Below, piece after piece: positions 49,766 through 60,389 of a stretch of 64,000 nt of DNA. This stretch comes from a virus. Taxonomy: Duplodnaviria > Heunggongvirae > Uroviricota > Caudoviricetes. The position numbers and the translations under genes were made by a program. The stretch's first letter is position 1; each line of letters starts with the position of its first letter. The notes beneath the pieces are model-generated. The model was not told where the DNA came from and ran no database searches. It saw only the letters and a list, made by a program, of their open reading frames with translations. Location: IMG/VR virus record IMGVR_UViG_2671180747_000017; one strand, given 5' to 3'.

Positions 49766-50191
49766 TTAGCGTGGTAAGATCTGTGTAGTTTTCTGGATGC
49801 TTTCAGTAAATAGTAATGAGTTATCAAAGGCATAGTAATATCTTTGGTGTTCCTGGATATTTGTAACCCATCGGAAAACTCCTGCTTTAGCAAGATTTTC
49901 CCTGTATTGTTGAAATGTGATTTCTTTTGATTTCAACTTATTATAGGAGGTCTCTATAAGATGTTTGTTTCTGGAGAATTTAACATTTACAACCTTTTTG
50001 AGTCCTTTTACTAACACTATGTTGTCGTTTTCTAACACAATGTGAATATTATCTGTGGCTAAATAGTAAATATAAAGTGAGACATTGTGACGTTTTAGCT
50101 CAGAATAAAATAATTCACAGTTTAAATCTTTACGCACTTGATCGAATATTTCTTTAAAAATGGCAGCCTGAGCCATTGGTAAACCTTCCAT
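49766..50191 (-). CDS. YdfO-like (DUF1398) protein
   Basis: ORF track; Qin-like position. Confidence 0.55.
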   Translation of the reverse strand: MEGLPMAQAAIFKEIFDQVRKDLNCELFYSELKRHNVSLYIYYLATDNIHIVLENDNIVLVKGLKKVVNVKFSRNKHLIETSYNKLKSKEITFQQYRENLAKAGVFRWVTNIQEHQRYYYAFDNSLLFTESIQKTTQILPR

Positions 50192-50476
50192 GTGATACGA
50201 TAGCGCGTAGTTTGCATTATCGTGTTTATTGTTTCAATCTGGTCTGACCTCTTTGTGTTTTGTTGATGATTTATGTCAAATATTAAGCCTGTTTTTAATG
50301 AATAGTGTTGATTGCGTAACAAAGTTGAGCCTTGCTGGCATCCAGGAGGGATATGCAACCGACAGATGTATGTAAGGTCGATGTACTCAAACTTTCATAC
50401 TTTTCCTCTTTTATGCAGAAAGATTTGAAGTAATATTTTAACCGCTAGATGACGAGCAAACGCATGGAGCGACAAA

Positions 50477-50683
50477 ATGAATAAAGAACAATCTGCTGAT
50501 GAACTCTCGTTGGATCTGATTCGTGTAAAAAATATGCTTAATAGCACCATTTCTATGAGTTACCCGGATGTTGTAATTGCATGTATAGAACATCAGGTGT
50601 CTCTGGAAGCATTCAGGGCAATTGAGGCAGCGTTGGTGAAGCACGATAAGAATTCGAAGGATTATTCCCTGGTGGTTGACTGA
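50477..50683 (+). CDS. Small hypothetical protein (YnfO-like position)
   Basis: ORF track. Confidence 0.45.
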   Translation: MNKEQSADELSLDLIRVKNMLNSTISMSYPDVVIACIEHQVSLEAFRAIEAALVKHDKNSKDYSLVVD

Positions 50684-51039
50684 GCACCATAACTGCTAAT
50701 CATTCAAACTATTTCACCTGTGACAGAGTCAATGTCGCATTCTGTCACTGTCATGCTAATACAGAGCTGCAATTCAACTACTGCAATGTCCTCGTAATTA
50801 GGTGAATTTACAATATCGTCCTGTTCGGATGCCGGCTGCATTGCTGAAGATGAGGCATTTATGGTTCGCATATTTTCCCCTCATGCTCGTCAGTCCTGTG
50901 CGTAGGAAGAAACAGGACACTCACACTAATTTGTGTGGGCATGCTGTGATGTCCTTCTGAATTATTCCTATGCCATTATGTAAAGCGCTGTATCAGATGC
51001 TCGTCACGGCTGTCAGGCTGTCGGGTCCTCCCGGTGGGG

Positions 51040-51110
51040 CCCCTGCCACGGGGCGGGAGCGTCGCGGAAAAAGGCTAGTTTTTGAAATTTTATTCGTCAT
51101 CACCACTACT
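51040..51110. other. Putative cos site (cosN-like GGGCGGGAGCGTCGCGG followed by cosB-like region)
   Basis: Resembles lambda left end GGGCGGCGACCTCGCGG...TTCGTCAT in sequence and in position about 150 bp upstream of the small terminase gene. Confidence 0.45.
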
Positions 51111-51236
51111 GTAATTGATTGATATTACAGTTGTTTTATTTTTATGGTGTCGATTCTGATTGTTTTTTGTTCATCACTAACACCGTTTGCCTAAAGTTGT
51201 TCGCAAGATGCATGTTTAAAACATTCTGGAGCGGGT

Positions 51237-51731
51237 ATGGATCGAGAGTTAAAAAATCTGACGCTGAATATCAGTCAACTGGCGGCATTGTCAGGTGTAC
51301 ATCGCCAGACTGCTGCGGCAAGGCTGCAAAATCTACCCGTTGCAGGGGGGCATGAAAGCAACCTCAAGCTTTATCGGGTGGTTGATATTGTGTCGGCATT
51401 TCTGGCATTACCACCGCCGGTTGCAGAAGGCGAAATGGACGCGCATGAGCGCAAAGCCTGGTATCAGTCTGAACGTGAGCGTCTTAAGTTCGAACAGGAA
51501 ACGGCACAACTCATTCCGGCCAGTGATGTCAGACGGGAGTTTGCCATCTGGGCAAAAGCGGTCGTGCAGGTGCTGGAGACATTACCGGATATTCTTGAAC
51601 GTGACTGCGGTCTGCAGCCTGCCGCTGTGAGCCGTGTTCAGTCCATTATTGATGATCTGCGCGATCAGATAGCCCTGCGGGTGACTGAAGCAGGTGCGGA
51701 TGATGAGGAGGAATTACAGCAGGAGGAGTAA
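51237..51731 (+). CDS. Terminase small subunit (Nu1/NohA-like)
   Basis: N-terminal wHTH-like LNISQLAALSGVHRQTAAARL; immediately upstream of the large terminase. Confidence 0.8.
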   Translation: MDRELKNLTLNISQLAALSGVHRQTAAARLQNLPVAGGHESNLKLYRVVDIVSAFLALPPPVAEGEMDAHERKAWYQSERERLKFEQETAQLIPASDVRREFAIWAKAVVQVLETLPDILERDCGLQPAAVSRVQSIIDDLRDQIALRVTEAGADDEEELQQEE

Positions 51732-53833
51732 TGCTGAATCAGGAAACCGCAAAGGCAGCACGAACCGATTCAGGTTATATCCTTCGCGCACCGAGACGAA
51801 TGCGGGTTGCTGATGCCGTTGCTCAGTATATGCGGGTGCCCATGGGGGCAGGGAACTCAGTCCCGTGGGATCCGCTGGTGGCACCGTATGTTATTGAGCC
51901 TATGAACTGCCTGGCCTCGCGTGAATACGACGCAGTGATATTTGTTGGCCCGGCACGAACCGGCAAGACTATCGGCCTGATTGACGGCTGGGTGATTTAC
52001 AACGTGATTTGCGATCCTGCTGATATGCTGATCATTCAGATGACGGAGGAAAAAGCCCGCGAACACTCCAAAAAACGACTCGCCAGAACGTTTCGCGTCA
52101 GCCCGGAAGTGGTCAGTCGCCTGAGTCCGAACAAAAATGACAACAACGTTTATGACAGAACATTCCTTGCTGGCAACTACCTGAAAATCGGCTGGCCGTC
52201 AGTCAATATCATGTCTTCATCAGATTATAAATGCGTGGCGCTGACGGATTATGACCGTTTTCCGGAAGATATTGATGGTGAGGGGGATGCCTTCTCTCTT
52301 GCCTCAAAACGTACCACCACATTTATGTCCAGTGGTATGACGCTGGTGGAGAGTTCCCCCGGCAGGGATGTGAAGGATGTGAAATGGCGACGGACTTCAC
52401 CGCATGAGGCTCCACCAACCACGGGGATCCTGTCGCTCTATAACCGTGGCGATCGCCGTCGCTGGTACTGGCCCTGTCCACACTGTGGTGAGTATTTTCA
52501 GCCCTGCGGCGATGTGGTTGCTGGTTTCCGTGATATTGCCGATCCTGTGCTGGCAAGTGAGGCGGCTTATATTCAGTGTCCTTCCTGTTCAGGACGGATT
52601 TTGCCTGAACAAAAACGCGAGCTGAACGGACGTGGGGTCTGGTTACGGGATGGTGAATCCATCAATGCAGATGGCAGTCGTTATGGTGATCCCCGGCGTT
52701 CACGTATTGCGTCATTCTGGATGGAGGGGCCGGCAGCTGCTTATCAGACACTCTCGCAACTCGTTTACAAACTGCTTACTGCAGAACAGGAATACGAGAC
52801 AACCGGAAGTGAAGAGACACTCAAGACGGTTATCAATACCGACTGGGGATTACCTTATCTTCCCCGCGCCAGCATGGAGCAACGAAAAAGTGAATTGCTT
52901 GAGCAGCGGGCAGAGCCAGTTCCTTCCCGCAGTGTGCCGGATGGCGTTAATTTCCTTGTGGCGACAGTGGATGTGCAGGCGGGACGTCATCGCCGTTTTG
53001 TGGTTCAGGTAACGGGCTATGGCAGCCGTGGCGAACGCTGGATTATTGATCGTTACAACATCACGCAGTCATTGCGCGGTGACAGCGACGGGGAGAGCCA
53101 GCGAATTGATCCGGCCAGCTATCCGGAAGACTGGGATGTCCTGCTGACGGATGTTTTTCATAAAAGCTGGCCGCTGGCCTCCGATCCTTCTCAACAAATG
53201 CGACTGATGGCAATGGCGGTGGACTCCGGCGGTGAAGACGGGGTCACTGATAATGCCTATAAATTCTGGCGTCGTTGCCGTCGTGATGGCCTTGGTAAAC
53301 GTATTTACCTGTTTAAGGGCGACAGCATCCGGCGCGCAAAACTGATCACCCGTACATTCCCTGATAACACCGGACGAACGGGCCGACGGGCGCAGGCCGC
53401 AGGTGATGTACCGCTCTGGCTTCTTCAGACGGATGCCCTGAAAGACCGGGTGAATAACGCGTTATGGCGTGACTCGCCAGGTCCCGGCTATGTGCATTTC
53501 CCTGACTGGCTGGGGAGCTGGTTTTACGACGAACTGACGTATGAAGAGCGGAGCAGTGACGGGAAATGGAGTAAGCCGGGTCGCGGTGCCAACGAAGCTT
53601 TTGACCTGATGGTGTATGCCGAGGCTCTGGTCATTCTGCATGGATACGAAAAGATCCGCTGGCCGGATGCACCGGAGTGGGCGAGCCGGGAAACCTGGCT
53701 GGAGTGTGTCCCGGACAGTACCGAACCGTCACCCACACCGGAACCGGTATCCACGCCTGTTAAAAAACAAAAACGGAAGAAAACAGTAACTGACGATGTT
53801 AACCCCTGGCTGACTTCCGGAGGATGGTTATGA
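51731..53833 (+). CDS. Terminase large subunit (lambda gpA-like)
   Basis: Walker A VGPARTGKT; 700 aa; ATGA overlap with the small subunit. Confidence 0.9.
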   Translation: MLNQETAKAARTDSGYILRAPRRMRVADAVAQYMRVPMGAGNSVPWDPLVAPYVIEPMNCLASREYDAVIFVGPARTGKTIGLIDGWVIYNVICDPADMLIIQMTEEKAREHSKKRLARTFRVSPEVVSRLSPNKNDNNVYDRTFLAGNYLKIGWPSVNIMSSSDYKCVALTDYDRFPEDIDGEGDAFSLASKRTTTFMSSGMTLVESSPGRDVKDVKWRRTSPHEAPPTTGILSLYNRGDRRRWYWPCPHCGEYFQPCGDVVAGFRDIADPVLASEAAYIQCPSCSGRILPEQKRELNGRGVWLRDGESINADGSRYGDPRRSRIASFWMEGPAAAYQTLSQLVYKLLTAEQEYETTGSEETLKTVINTDWGLPYLPRASMEQRKSELLEQRAEPVPSRSVPDGVNFLVATVDVQAGRHRRFVVQVTGYGSRGERWIIDRYNITQSLRGDSDGESQRIDPASYPEDWDVLLTDVFHKSWPLASDPSQQMRLMAMAVDSGGEDGVTDNAYKFWRRCRRDGLGKRIYLFKGDSIRRAKLITRTFPDNTGRTGRRAQAAGDVPLWLLQTDALKDRVNNALWRDSPGPGYVHFPDWLGSWFYDELTYEERSSDGKWSKPGRGANEAFDLMVYAEALVILHGYEKIRWPDAPEWASRETWLECVPDSTEPSPTPEPVSTPVKKQKRKKTVTDDVNPWLTSGGWL

Positions 53834-54042
53834 ATCAGAATGATATTGAAGCCATGATTCAGCGTTATACGGAAGCTGAAATGGCAGTGCTGGACGGAAA
53901 ATCCGTCACTTTTAATGGTCAGCAGATGACCATGGAAAACTTATCTGAGATCCGGCAGGGGCGGCAGGAGTGGGAGCGCCGCCTTGCGGCTCTGATTACA
54001 CGACGACGGGGGCATCCCGGGTACCGGCTGGCGAGGTTCTGA
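53830..54042 (+). CDS. Head-tail joining protein (gpW-like)
   Basis: About 70 aa between terminase and portal; start 53830 preferred for RBS spacing. Confidence 0.65.
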   Translation: MNQNDIEAMIQRYTEAEMAVLDGKSVTFNGQQMTMENLSEIRQGRQEWERRLAALITRRRGHPGYRLARF

Positions 54043-55550
54043 TGGCAATTCTTGATGATGTGATTGGCGTTTTTTCACCAGGATGGAAAGCGGCAAGGCT
54101 GCGTTCCCGAGCGGTGATCCAAGCTTATGAGGCCGTAAAAACGACGCGGACACACAAAGCCCGACGGGAGAACCGAACTGCCGACCAGTTAAGCCAGTAC
54201 GGGGCCGTGTCGTTACGTGAGCAGGCCCGTTACCTTGATAACAACCACGATCTGGTCATTGGTGTATTTGACAAGCTGGAAGAACGGGTGGTGGGGAAAA
54301 ACGGGATTATTGTCGAGCCACATCCGGTATTACGCAATGGTGCCATTGCCCGTGACCTGGCAGCGGAGATACGTACCCGATGGAGTGAATGGTCTGTCAG
54401 TCCGGAAGTCACCGGGCAGTTTACCCGTCCGATGCTGGAACGTCTGATGCTGCGTACCTGGCTGCGCGATGGTGAGGTGTTTGCCCAGATGGTTTCCGGG
54501 CGCATAAACAGCCTGACGCCTTCTGCCGGTGTTCATTTCTGGCTGGAGGCGCTCGAGCCGGACTTTATTCCCATGACCAGTGATGAGAGCAACAGGCTGA
54601 ATCAGGGCGTGTTTGTTGATGACTGGGGGCGTCCCGAAAAATATCTGGTGTATAAAAGTCGTCCTGTATCCGGACGGCAGATGGAAACCAAAGAAGTGGA
54701 TGCAGAGCGAATGCTGCATCTTAAATTTGTTCGCCGTCTGCACCAGATGCGCGGGACGTCTTTATTGTCCGGTGTGCTGATCCGCCTCAGCGCCCTGAAA
54801 GAGTATGAAGATTCTGAGCTGACTGCAGCAAGGATCGCCGCTGCTCTGGGGATGTACATCCGGAAAGGCGACGGACAGAGCTATGAAACGGATGGTAATG
54901 ACAGCAAGGAGAATGAACGCGAGCTTACCATTCAGCCAGGCATTATTTACGACGATCTGAAACCCGGCGAAGAAATCGGAATGGTGAAGTCGGATCGTCC
55001 CAATCCTAACCTTGAAACTTTTCGTAATGGTCAGTTGCGTGCCGTGGCGGCGGGCAGTCGTCTGAGTTTTTCCAGTACGGCACGCAACTATAACGGCACT
55101 TACAGCGCCCAGCGTCAGGAACTGGTTGAGTCTACTGATGGCTACCTGATCCTGCAGGACTGGTTTATTGGTGCCGTCACCCGCCCGATGTATCGTGCCT
55201 GGCTGAAACAGGCTGTGGCATCCGGTGTTATCAGGCTACCCCGCGATCTTGACCGTTCTTCACTGTATACCGCGGTGTATTCCGGACCAGTGATGCCGTG
55301 GATTGACCCTGTTAAGGAGGCTGAGGCCTGGAAAATCCAGATTCGTGGTGGAGCGGCGACAGAATCAGACTGGGTACGTGCTGGTGGTCGTAATCCGGAT
55401 GATGTCAAACGTCGGCGCAAGGCCGAAATTGATGAAAACCGCAAGCTGGATCTGGTATTTGATACCGATCCGGCCAGTGATAAAGGAGGCAGCAGTGCCG
55501 CAACGAAACGACAGGAGCCGCAGCACACCGACGACCAGTCCGAAGAATAA
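54042..55550 (+). CDS. Portal protein (lambda gpB family)
   Basis: Start MAILDDVIGVF overlapping the W stop (TGATG); 502 aa; synteny. Confidence 0.9.
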   Translation: MAILDDVIGVFSPGWKAARLRSRAVIQAYEAVKTTRTHKARRENRTADQLSQYGAVSLREQARYLDNNHDLVIGVFDKLEERVVGKNGIIVEPHPVLRNGAIARDLAAEIRTRWSEWSVSPEVTGQFTRPMLERLMLRTWLRDGEVFAQMVSGRINSLTPSAGVHFWLEALEPDFIPMTSDESNRLNQGVFVDDWGRPEKYLVYKSRPVSGRQMETKEVDAERMLHLKFVRRLHQMRGTSLLSGVLIRLSALKEYEDSELTAARIAAALGMYIRKGDGQSYETDGNDSKENERELTIQPGIIYDDLKPGEEIGMVKSDRPNPNLETFRNGQLRAVAAGSRLSFSSTARNYNGTYSAQRQELVESTDGYLILQDWFIGAVTRPMYRAWLKQAVASGVIRLPRDLDRSSLYTAVYSGPVMPWIDPVKEAEAWKIQIRGGAATESDWVRAGGRNPDDVKRRRKAEIDENRKLDLVFDTDPASDKGGSSAATKRQEPQHTDDQSEE

Positions 55551-55563
55551 TTCCTGGTTCAGG

Positions 55564-57522
55564 ATGCAGGCTGGTCACCAGAGTGACGCGGATATTTATA
55601 TTTATGACGAGATTGGTTTCTGGGGTGTTACAGCGAAGCAGTTTATCAGTGATCTGAATGCACTGGGCGATATCACCCACATTAATCTCCATATTAATTC
55701 ACCGGGTGGCGATGTCTTTGAAGGCATCGCCATTTTTAATGCGCTGAAAACACATGGTGCGTCCATTACCGTTTATGTCGACGGTGTGGCGGCGTCAATG
55801 GCGTCGGTCATTGCGATGGTGGGAAACCCGGTCATTATGCCGGAAAACACTTTCATGATGATTCATAAACCATTTGGCTTTACGGGCGGTGATGCGGAGG
55901 ACATGCGCACCTATGCCGACCTGCTCGATAAAGTTGAGGCGGTTCTGTTACCCGCTTATGCACAGAAAACCGGGAAAACCACCGATGAAATTGCTGCCAT
56001 GCTGGCGGATGAGACCTGGATGTCCGGTGCCGAATGTCTGGCACATGGATTTGCTGATCAGGTAACGCCAGCCGTTAAGGCAATGGCATGTATTCAGTCA
56101 AAACGTACAGAGGAATTTAAAAAGATGCCGGAATCCATTCGAAACATGATTACTCCGCCACGCAACAGTGCTCCACGCGTACAGGATGATGAACCTGCAG
56201 CCTCCCGGACGCCAGTGCAGGCAGCAGCACCCGTGGTGGATGAAAACAGTATCCGTGCGCAGGTACTGGCAGAGCAAAAAGCGCGTGTAAACGGTATTAA
56301 TGATCTGTTTGCCATGTTTGGCGGGCGTTATCAGACTCTGCAGGCTCAGTGTCTTGCCGATCCTGAATGTTCGCTGGAGCAGGCCCGCGAAAAGCTGTTG
56401 AACGAGATGGGGCGCGAGTCCACGCCATCCAATAAAAATACCCCGGCTCATATTTATGCCGGTAACGGTAATTTTGTGGGGGACGGGATCCGCCAGGCGC
56501 TGATGGCGCGTGCCGGATTTGAAAAAACCGAACGTGATAATGTCTACAACGGGATGACCCTGCGTGAATATGCCCGTATGTCACTGACTGAACGGGGTAT
56601 TGGGGTTTCCAGTTATAACCCGATGCAGATGGTCGGTGCGGCGTTCACACACAGTACGTCTGACTTCGGTAATATTCTGCTGGATGTTGCGAACAAAGCC
56701 ATTCTGCAGGGCTGGGAAGATGCTCCTGAAACCTATGAACAGTGGACGCGGAAAGGTCAGTTGTCTGATTTTAAAATTGCCCATCGTGTGGGTATGGGGG
56801 GCTTCAGTGCTCTGCGTCAGGTGCGTGAAGGGGCGGAATATAAATACGTCACCACCGGAGATAAACAGGCCACTATTGCACTGGCGACCTATGGCGAGCT
56901 GTTCAGTATCACCCGTCAGGCCATTATCAATGATGATCTGAATATGCTGACCGATGTCCCGATGAAGCTGGGCCGTGCGGCGAAATCCACCATTGCCGAT
57001 CTGGTTTATGCCATTCTGACGTCTAACCCGAAAATCTCCACAGATAATGTAAGTCTGTTCGATAAAGCGAAACATGCAAACGTACTGGAGAGCGCTGCAA
57101 TGGACGTGGCATCGCTGGATAAAGCCCGCCAGTTGATGCGCGTTCAGAAAGAGGGGGAGCGTCATCTGAATATTCGTCCTGCGTTCGTACTGGTACCGAC
57201 GGCGATGGAGTCTGTTGCTAACCAGGTCATTCGCTCCTCAAGTGTCAAGGGGGCTGACATTAACGCAGGTATTATTAACCCGGTGAAAGATTTTGCGACC
57301 GTTATTGCAGAGCCTCGTCTTGATGATAACAGCCAGACCACCTTCTACCTGGCTGCGTCCAAAGGCTCCGATACGATTGAAGTGGCTTATCTCAACGGTG
57401 TGGATACGCCATATATTGATCAGATGGAGGGCTTCAGTGTGGATGGCGTGACAACGAAAGTGCGTATTGACGCCGGTGTCGCGCCAGTTGATCACCGCGG
57501 TCTGGTGAAATGTACGGCGTAA
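55564..57522 (+). CDS. Prohead protease (ClpP/S49-like) fused to major capsid protein, 652 aa
   Basis: N-terminal INLHINSPGGDVFEGIAIFNALK...SMASVIAMVG protease motifs; no separate capsid gene before the tail genes. Confidence 0.75.
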   Translation: MQAGHQSDADIYIYDEIGFWGVTAKQFISDLNALGDITHINLHINSPGGDVFEGIAIFNALKTHGASITVYVDGVAASMASVIAMVGNPVIMPENTFMMIHKPFGFTGGDAEDMRTYADLLDKVEAVLLPAYAQKTGKTTDEIAAMLADETWMSGAECLAHGFADQVTPAVKAMACIQSKRTEEFKKMPESIRNMITPPRNSAPRVQDDEPAASRTPVQAAAPVVDENSIRAQVLAEQKARVNGINDLFAMFGGRYQTLQAQCLADPECSLEQAREKLLNEMGRESTPSNKNTPAHIYAGNGNFVGDGIRQALMARAGFEKTERDNVYNGMTLREYARMSLTERGIGVSSYNPMQMVGAAFTHSTSDFGNILLDVANKAILQGWEDAPETYEQWTRKGQLSDFKIAHRVGMGGFSALRQVREGAEYKYVTTGDKQATIALATYGELFSITRQAIINDDLNMLTDVPMKLGRAAKSTIADLVYAILTSNPKISTDNVSLFDKAKHANVLESAAMDVASLDKARQLMRVQKEGERHLNIRPAFVLVPTAMESVANQVIRSSSVKGADINAGIINPVKDFATVIAEPRLDDNSQTTFYLAASKGSDTIEVAYLNGVDTPYIDQMEGFSVDGVTTKVRIDAGVAPVDHRGLVKCTA

Positions 57523-57608
57523 ACGTCGCAGACAACAACTCTGATGGCCCGTAAGGGCTTTTTTTGTACCTGAAATCAGCCTCTGAACGGGGCTGTACGG
57601 AGACAGTT

Positions 57609-57932
57609 ATGGCAAAGAATTTTGTAGAAGAAGGAAAAACGGTGGCGATTGTTGCCAGTGCAGCCATCAGCAGCGGAGATCTGGTGCAGGTGGGTGATGT
57701 TTTTGCGGTGGCGCTGACCGATATTCCACAGGGTGAAACAGGCGACGGCATGACCGAAGGTGTGTTTATCCTGCCTAAACTGAAAACGGATGACATGAAA
57801 ACGGGTAAGAAGGTTTATCTGAAGTCCGGAAAAGTTCAGCTGACTAACAGCGGCTCTGATCCGCTGGTCGGGGTTGTCTGGGCAGATGCCGGAACCAGTG
57901 CAGAAGAAGTGCCGGTAAAACTCAATGTCTGA
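57609..57932 (+). CDS. Small head-associated protein (DUF2190-like)
   Basis: Internal start MAKNFVEEGK; position after capsid. Confidence 0.5.
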   Translation: MAKNFVEEGKTVAIVASAAISSGDLVQVGDVFAVALTDIPQGETGDGMTEGVFILPKLKTDDMKTGKKVYLKSGKVQLTNSGSDPLVGVVWADAGTSAEEVPVKLNV

Positions 57933-58200
57933 TCCCTTTTCCCGGCTGGCAGCGCGTATGGATGCGATCACGGTCAGAAAGATGGGAAAGACAGCCTCGA
58001 TTAATGATGTCGATATGGCTGTGATCCCGGGCGAAACACTGGCAGAGCTGAATGCTCTGTCCGGACCTGCGGTCTCTCTGGTGGTGTTTTCTTCGGGATA
58101 CCGCCCACGGCGCGGGGATCGCGTTGTTTATGACGGACAACAATGGACGGTCACACGGCATGAACGTTTTAACGGTAAGCCAATGATCTTTATTGAGTAA
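57925..58200 (+). CDS. Head-tail connector/adaptor-like protein
   Basis: ORF track; position between head and tail-completion genes. Confidence 0.5.
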   Translation: MSDPFSRLAARMDAITVRKMGKTASINDVDMAVIPGETLAELNALSGPAVSLVVFSSGYRPRRGDRVVYDGQQWTVTRHERFNGKPMIFIE

Positions 58201-58211
58201 AGAGGTGTGGG

Positions 58212-58790
58212 ATGAAGGGGCTTGAGAATGCCATCCGCAATCTGAACAGCCTTGATACCCGTATGGTGCCACAGGCCAGCGCATGGGCGATAAACCGTGT
58301 GGCACAGAAAGCGGTCTCGGTTGCCACCCGGCAGGTTGCCGGGAATACCGTTGCGGGAGATAACCAGGTGAAAGGGATCCCCCTGAAACTGGTACGTCAG
58401 CGTGTCCGGGTGTTTAAAGCCAGTCCGTCAGGAAAAATGACGGCCAGGATCCGCGTTAACCGGGGCAATCTGCCCGCCATTAAGCTGGGGACAGCCCGGG
58501 TCAGACTGGCCCGGCGTGGTGGAAAACTGCAGTACCGTGGCAGTGTGCTGAAGGTGGGTAAATATCTTTTCCGGGATGCGTTTATTCAGCAACTGGCGAA
58601 TGGTCGCTGGCATGTGATGCGGCGTATTGATGGCAAAAATCGTTACCCCATTGATGTGGTGAAAATCCCGCTGTCCGGACCGCTGACACAGGCATTTGAA
58701 GATGCCCGCGACCACATCATTGCTGCGGAAATGCCGAAACAGCTGGGGTATGCACTGAAACAACAACTGAGGTTATGGCTGACCCGATGA
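58212..58790 (+). CDS. Minor tail protein Z-like
   Basis: 192 aa, same size and position as lambda gpZ. Confidence 0.65.
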   Translation: MKGLENAIRNLNSLDTRMVPQASAWAINRVAQKAVSVATRQVAGNTVAGDNQVKGIPLKLVRQRVRVFKASPSGKMTARIRVNRGNLPAIKLGTARVRLARRGGKLQYRGSVLKVGKYLFRDAFIQQLANGRWHVMRRIDGKNRYPIDVVKIPLSGPLTQAFEDARDHIIAAEMPKQLGYALKQQLRLWLTR

Positions 58791-59188
58791 ACCGGCATAC
58801 ACAAATCCGCCAGGCCGTACTGGCACGCCTTCGGGAACAGTGTGGAGACAGCGCCACGTTTTTTGACGGGCTTCCGGCATTTATTGATGCGCAGGAACTG
58901 CCTGCCGTGGCGGTGTGGCTGAGTGATGCTCAGTACACCGGAAAAATGACGGATGAAGATGACTGGCAGGCTGTTCTGCATATTGCCGTCTTCATCCGGG
59001 CACAGGCACCGGATTCAGAGCTGGATATGTGGATGGAGAGCACCATTTTCCCTGCCCTGAATGATATACCGGCACTTTCCGGACTCATCGACACCCTGAT
59101 CCCACTCGGTTTTAACTATCAACGTGATAATGAGATGGCCACCTGGGCGATGGCGGAAATCACGTACCAGATCACGTACACGAATTAA
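58787..59188 (+). CDS. Tail terminator protein U-like
   Basis: Start MNRHTQIRQAVLARL aligns with lambda U N-terminus from memory; ...ATFFDG...PAVAV...TG...SELD.WMES...ITY. Confidence 0.75.
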   Translation: MNRHTQIRQAVLARLREQCGDSATFFDGLPAFIDAQELPAVAVWLSDAQYTGKMTDEDDWQAVLHIAVFIRAQAPDSELDMWMESTIFPALNDIPALSGLIDTLIPLGFNYQRDNEMATWAMAEITYQITYTN

Positions 59189-59198
59189 GGAGGTGGTA

Positions 59199-59942
59199 AT
59201 GACCACACCAAATCCACTGGCAAAGACGAAAGGTGCGGGGACGACGTTCTGGATGTATACCGGCAACGGCGATGCGTTTGCGAACCCTTTGTCGGACACT
59301 GACTGGCTGCGTCTTGCGATGGTGAAGGATCTGCAACCTGGCGAAATGACCGCTGATGCAGAAGATGACACTTATCTCGATGATGAAGATGCAGACTGGA
59401 AAACGACAACCCAGGGGCAGAAATCCGTTGGTGATACTTCGGCGACGCTGGCCTGGCGTCCGGGTGACAGCGGGCAGAAAAAACTGGTTCAGTTGTTCGA
59501 CTCCGGTGAAGTCTGCGCGTTTCGTATCAAATATCCCAACGGCACTGTTGATGTTTTCCGTGGCTGGCTGAGCTCACTGGGTAAAACCATTGCCTCAAAA
59601 GACGTGATGACCCGCACTGTGAAAATCAGCGGTGTGGGGCGTCCGTATCTGGCAGAGGAAGGCACTGAAACCGTGAGCGTTACCGGGCTGACAGTATCAC
59701 CGGCGTCTGCCAGTGTAAAAGTGGGAGCAACCACCACGCTGACCTTTACAGTAAAACCTGACGGAGCCAGTGACAAAGCGATCAGTGTGCATTCGTCAGA
59801 TCCACAGACTGCCACGGTTACCCTGAACGGACTTGTGGCCACGGTAAAAGGCGTGAAGCAGGGCAGTGTCAGCATTGTGGGCATGACCGCTGACGGGAAT
59901 TTTGTGGCTGTGACTGCGGTGACTGTCAGCGCAGCAGGTTAA
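59199..59942 (+). CDS. Major tail protein V-like with C-terminal Ig-like domain
   Basis: AAGGAGG RBS; 247 aa; C-terminal TVSVTGLTVSPASASVKVGATTTLTFTVKPDGASDKAISV. Confidence 0.85.
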   Translation: MTTPNPLAKTKGAGTTFWMYTGNGDAFANPLSDTDWLRLAMVKDLQPGEMTADAEDDTYLDDEDADWKTTTQGQKSVGDTSATLAWRPGDSGQKKLVQLFDSGEVCAFRIKYPNGTVDVFRGWLSSLGKTIASKDVMTRTVKISGVGRPYLAEEGTETVSVTGLTVSPASASVKVGATTTLTFTVKPDGASDKAISVHSSDPQTATVTLNGLVATVKGVKQGSVSIVGMTADGNFVAVTAVTVSAAG

Positions 59943-59999
59943 CAGGACGATACTCATCATTTGCCCCGGTTATGCGGGGCTTTTTTGCAGGTGGAGAAC

Positions 60000-60389
60000 A
60001 TGATGTTTCTGAAACAGGACACGTTTAATTATGAAAAACAGTCCGTGGTGCTCAGTGAGCTGTCCGGGCTGCAGAGAATTGAATATCTGACGTTTGTTCA
60101 GCAGCGAACGGCAAAGTTTGATGCCGGGGAGGGAGAACTGCCGGAGGCTGAACGACAGATTGCTTTTCTGCGGATGGGGATGGATATCAATGCCTGGCTG
60201 GTTTCCCGCTCACTGTGGAATGCGGATCAGTCTAAGGATGTAGAGACGCTTTGCGCATCCGTTATTACAACATGGTCGTATGATGCCCTGGGTGCGGGGG
60301 CGGAGATGGTTCTGTCGCTGAGCGGTATGGGGGCCATTGATAATGCCGTGGATGATGAGCATGAGGCGCTGACGCCGGAAAAGTCCTGA
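60000..60389 (+). CDS. Tail assembly chaperone G-like
   Basis: MMFLKQDTFNYEKQSVVLSELSGLQRIEYL parallels lambda gpG N-terminus from memory. Confidence 0.75.
   Translation: MMFLKQDTFNYEKQSVVLSELSGLQRIEYLTFVQQRTAKFDAGEGELPEAERQIAFLRMGMDINAWLVSRSLWNADQSKDVETLCASVITTWSYDALGAGAEMVLSLSGMGAIDNAVDDEHEALTPEKS

Noticed and set aside
55303-55563. Upstream extension of the protease-capsid ORF (track start 55303)
   Set aside because: Overlaps the 3' end of the portal gene in another frame; the first ATG after the portal stop (55564) is the likelier start.
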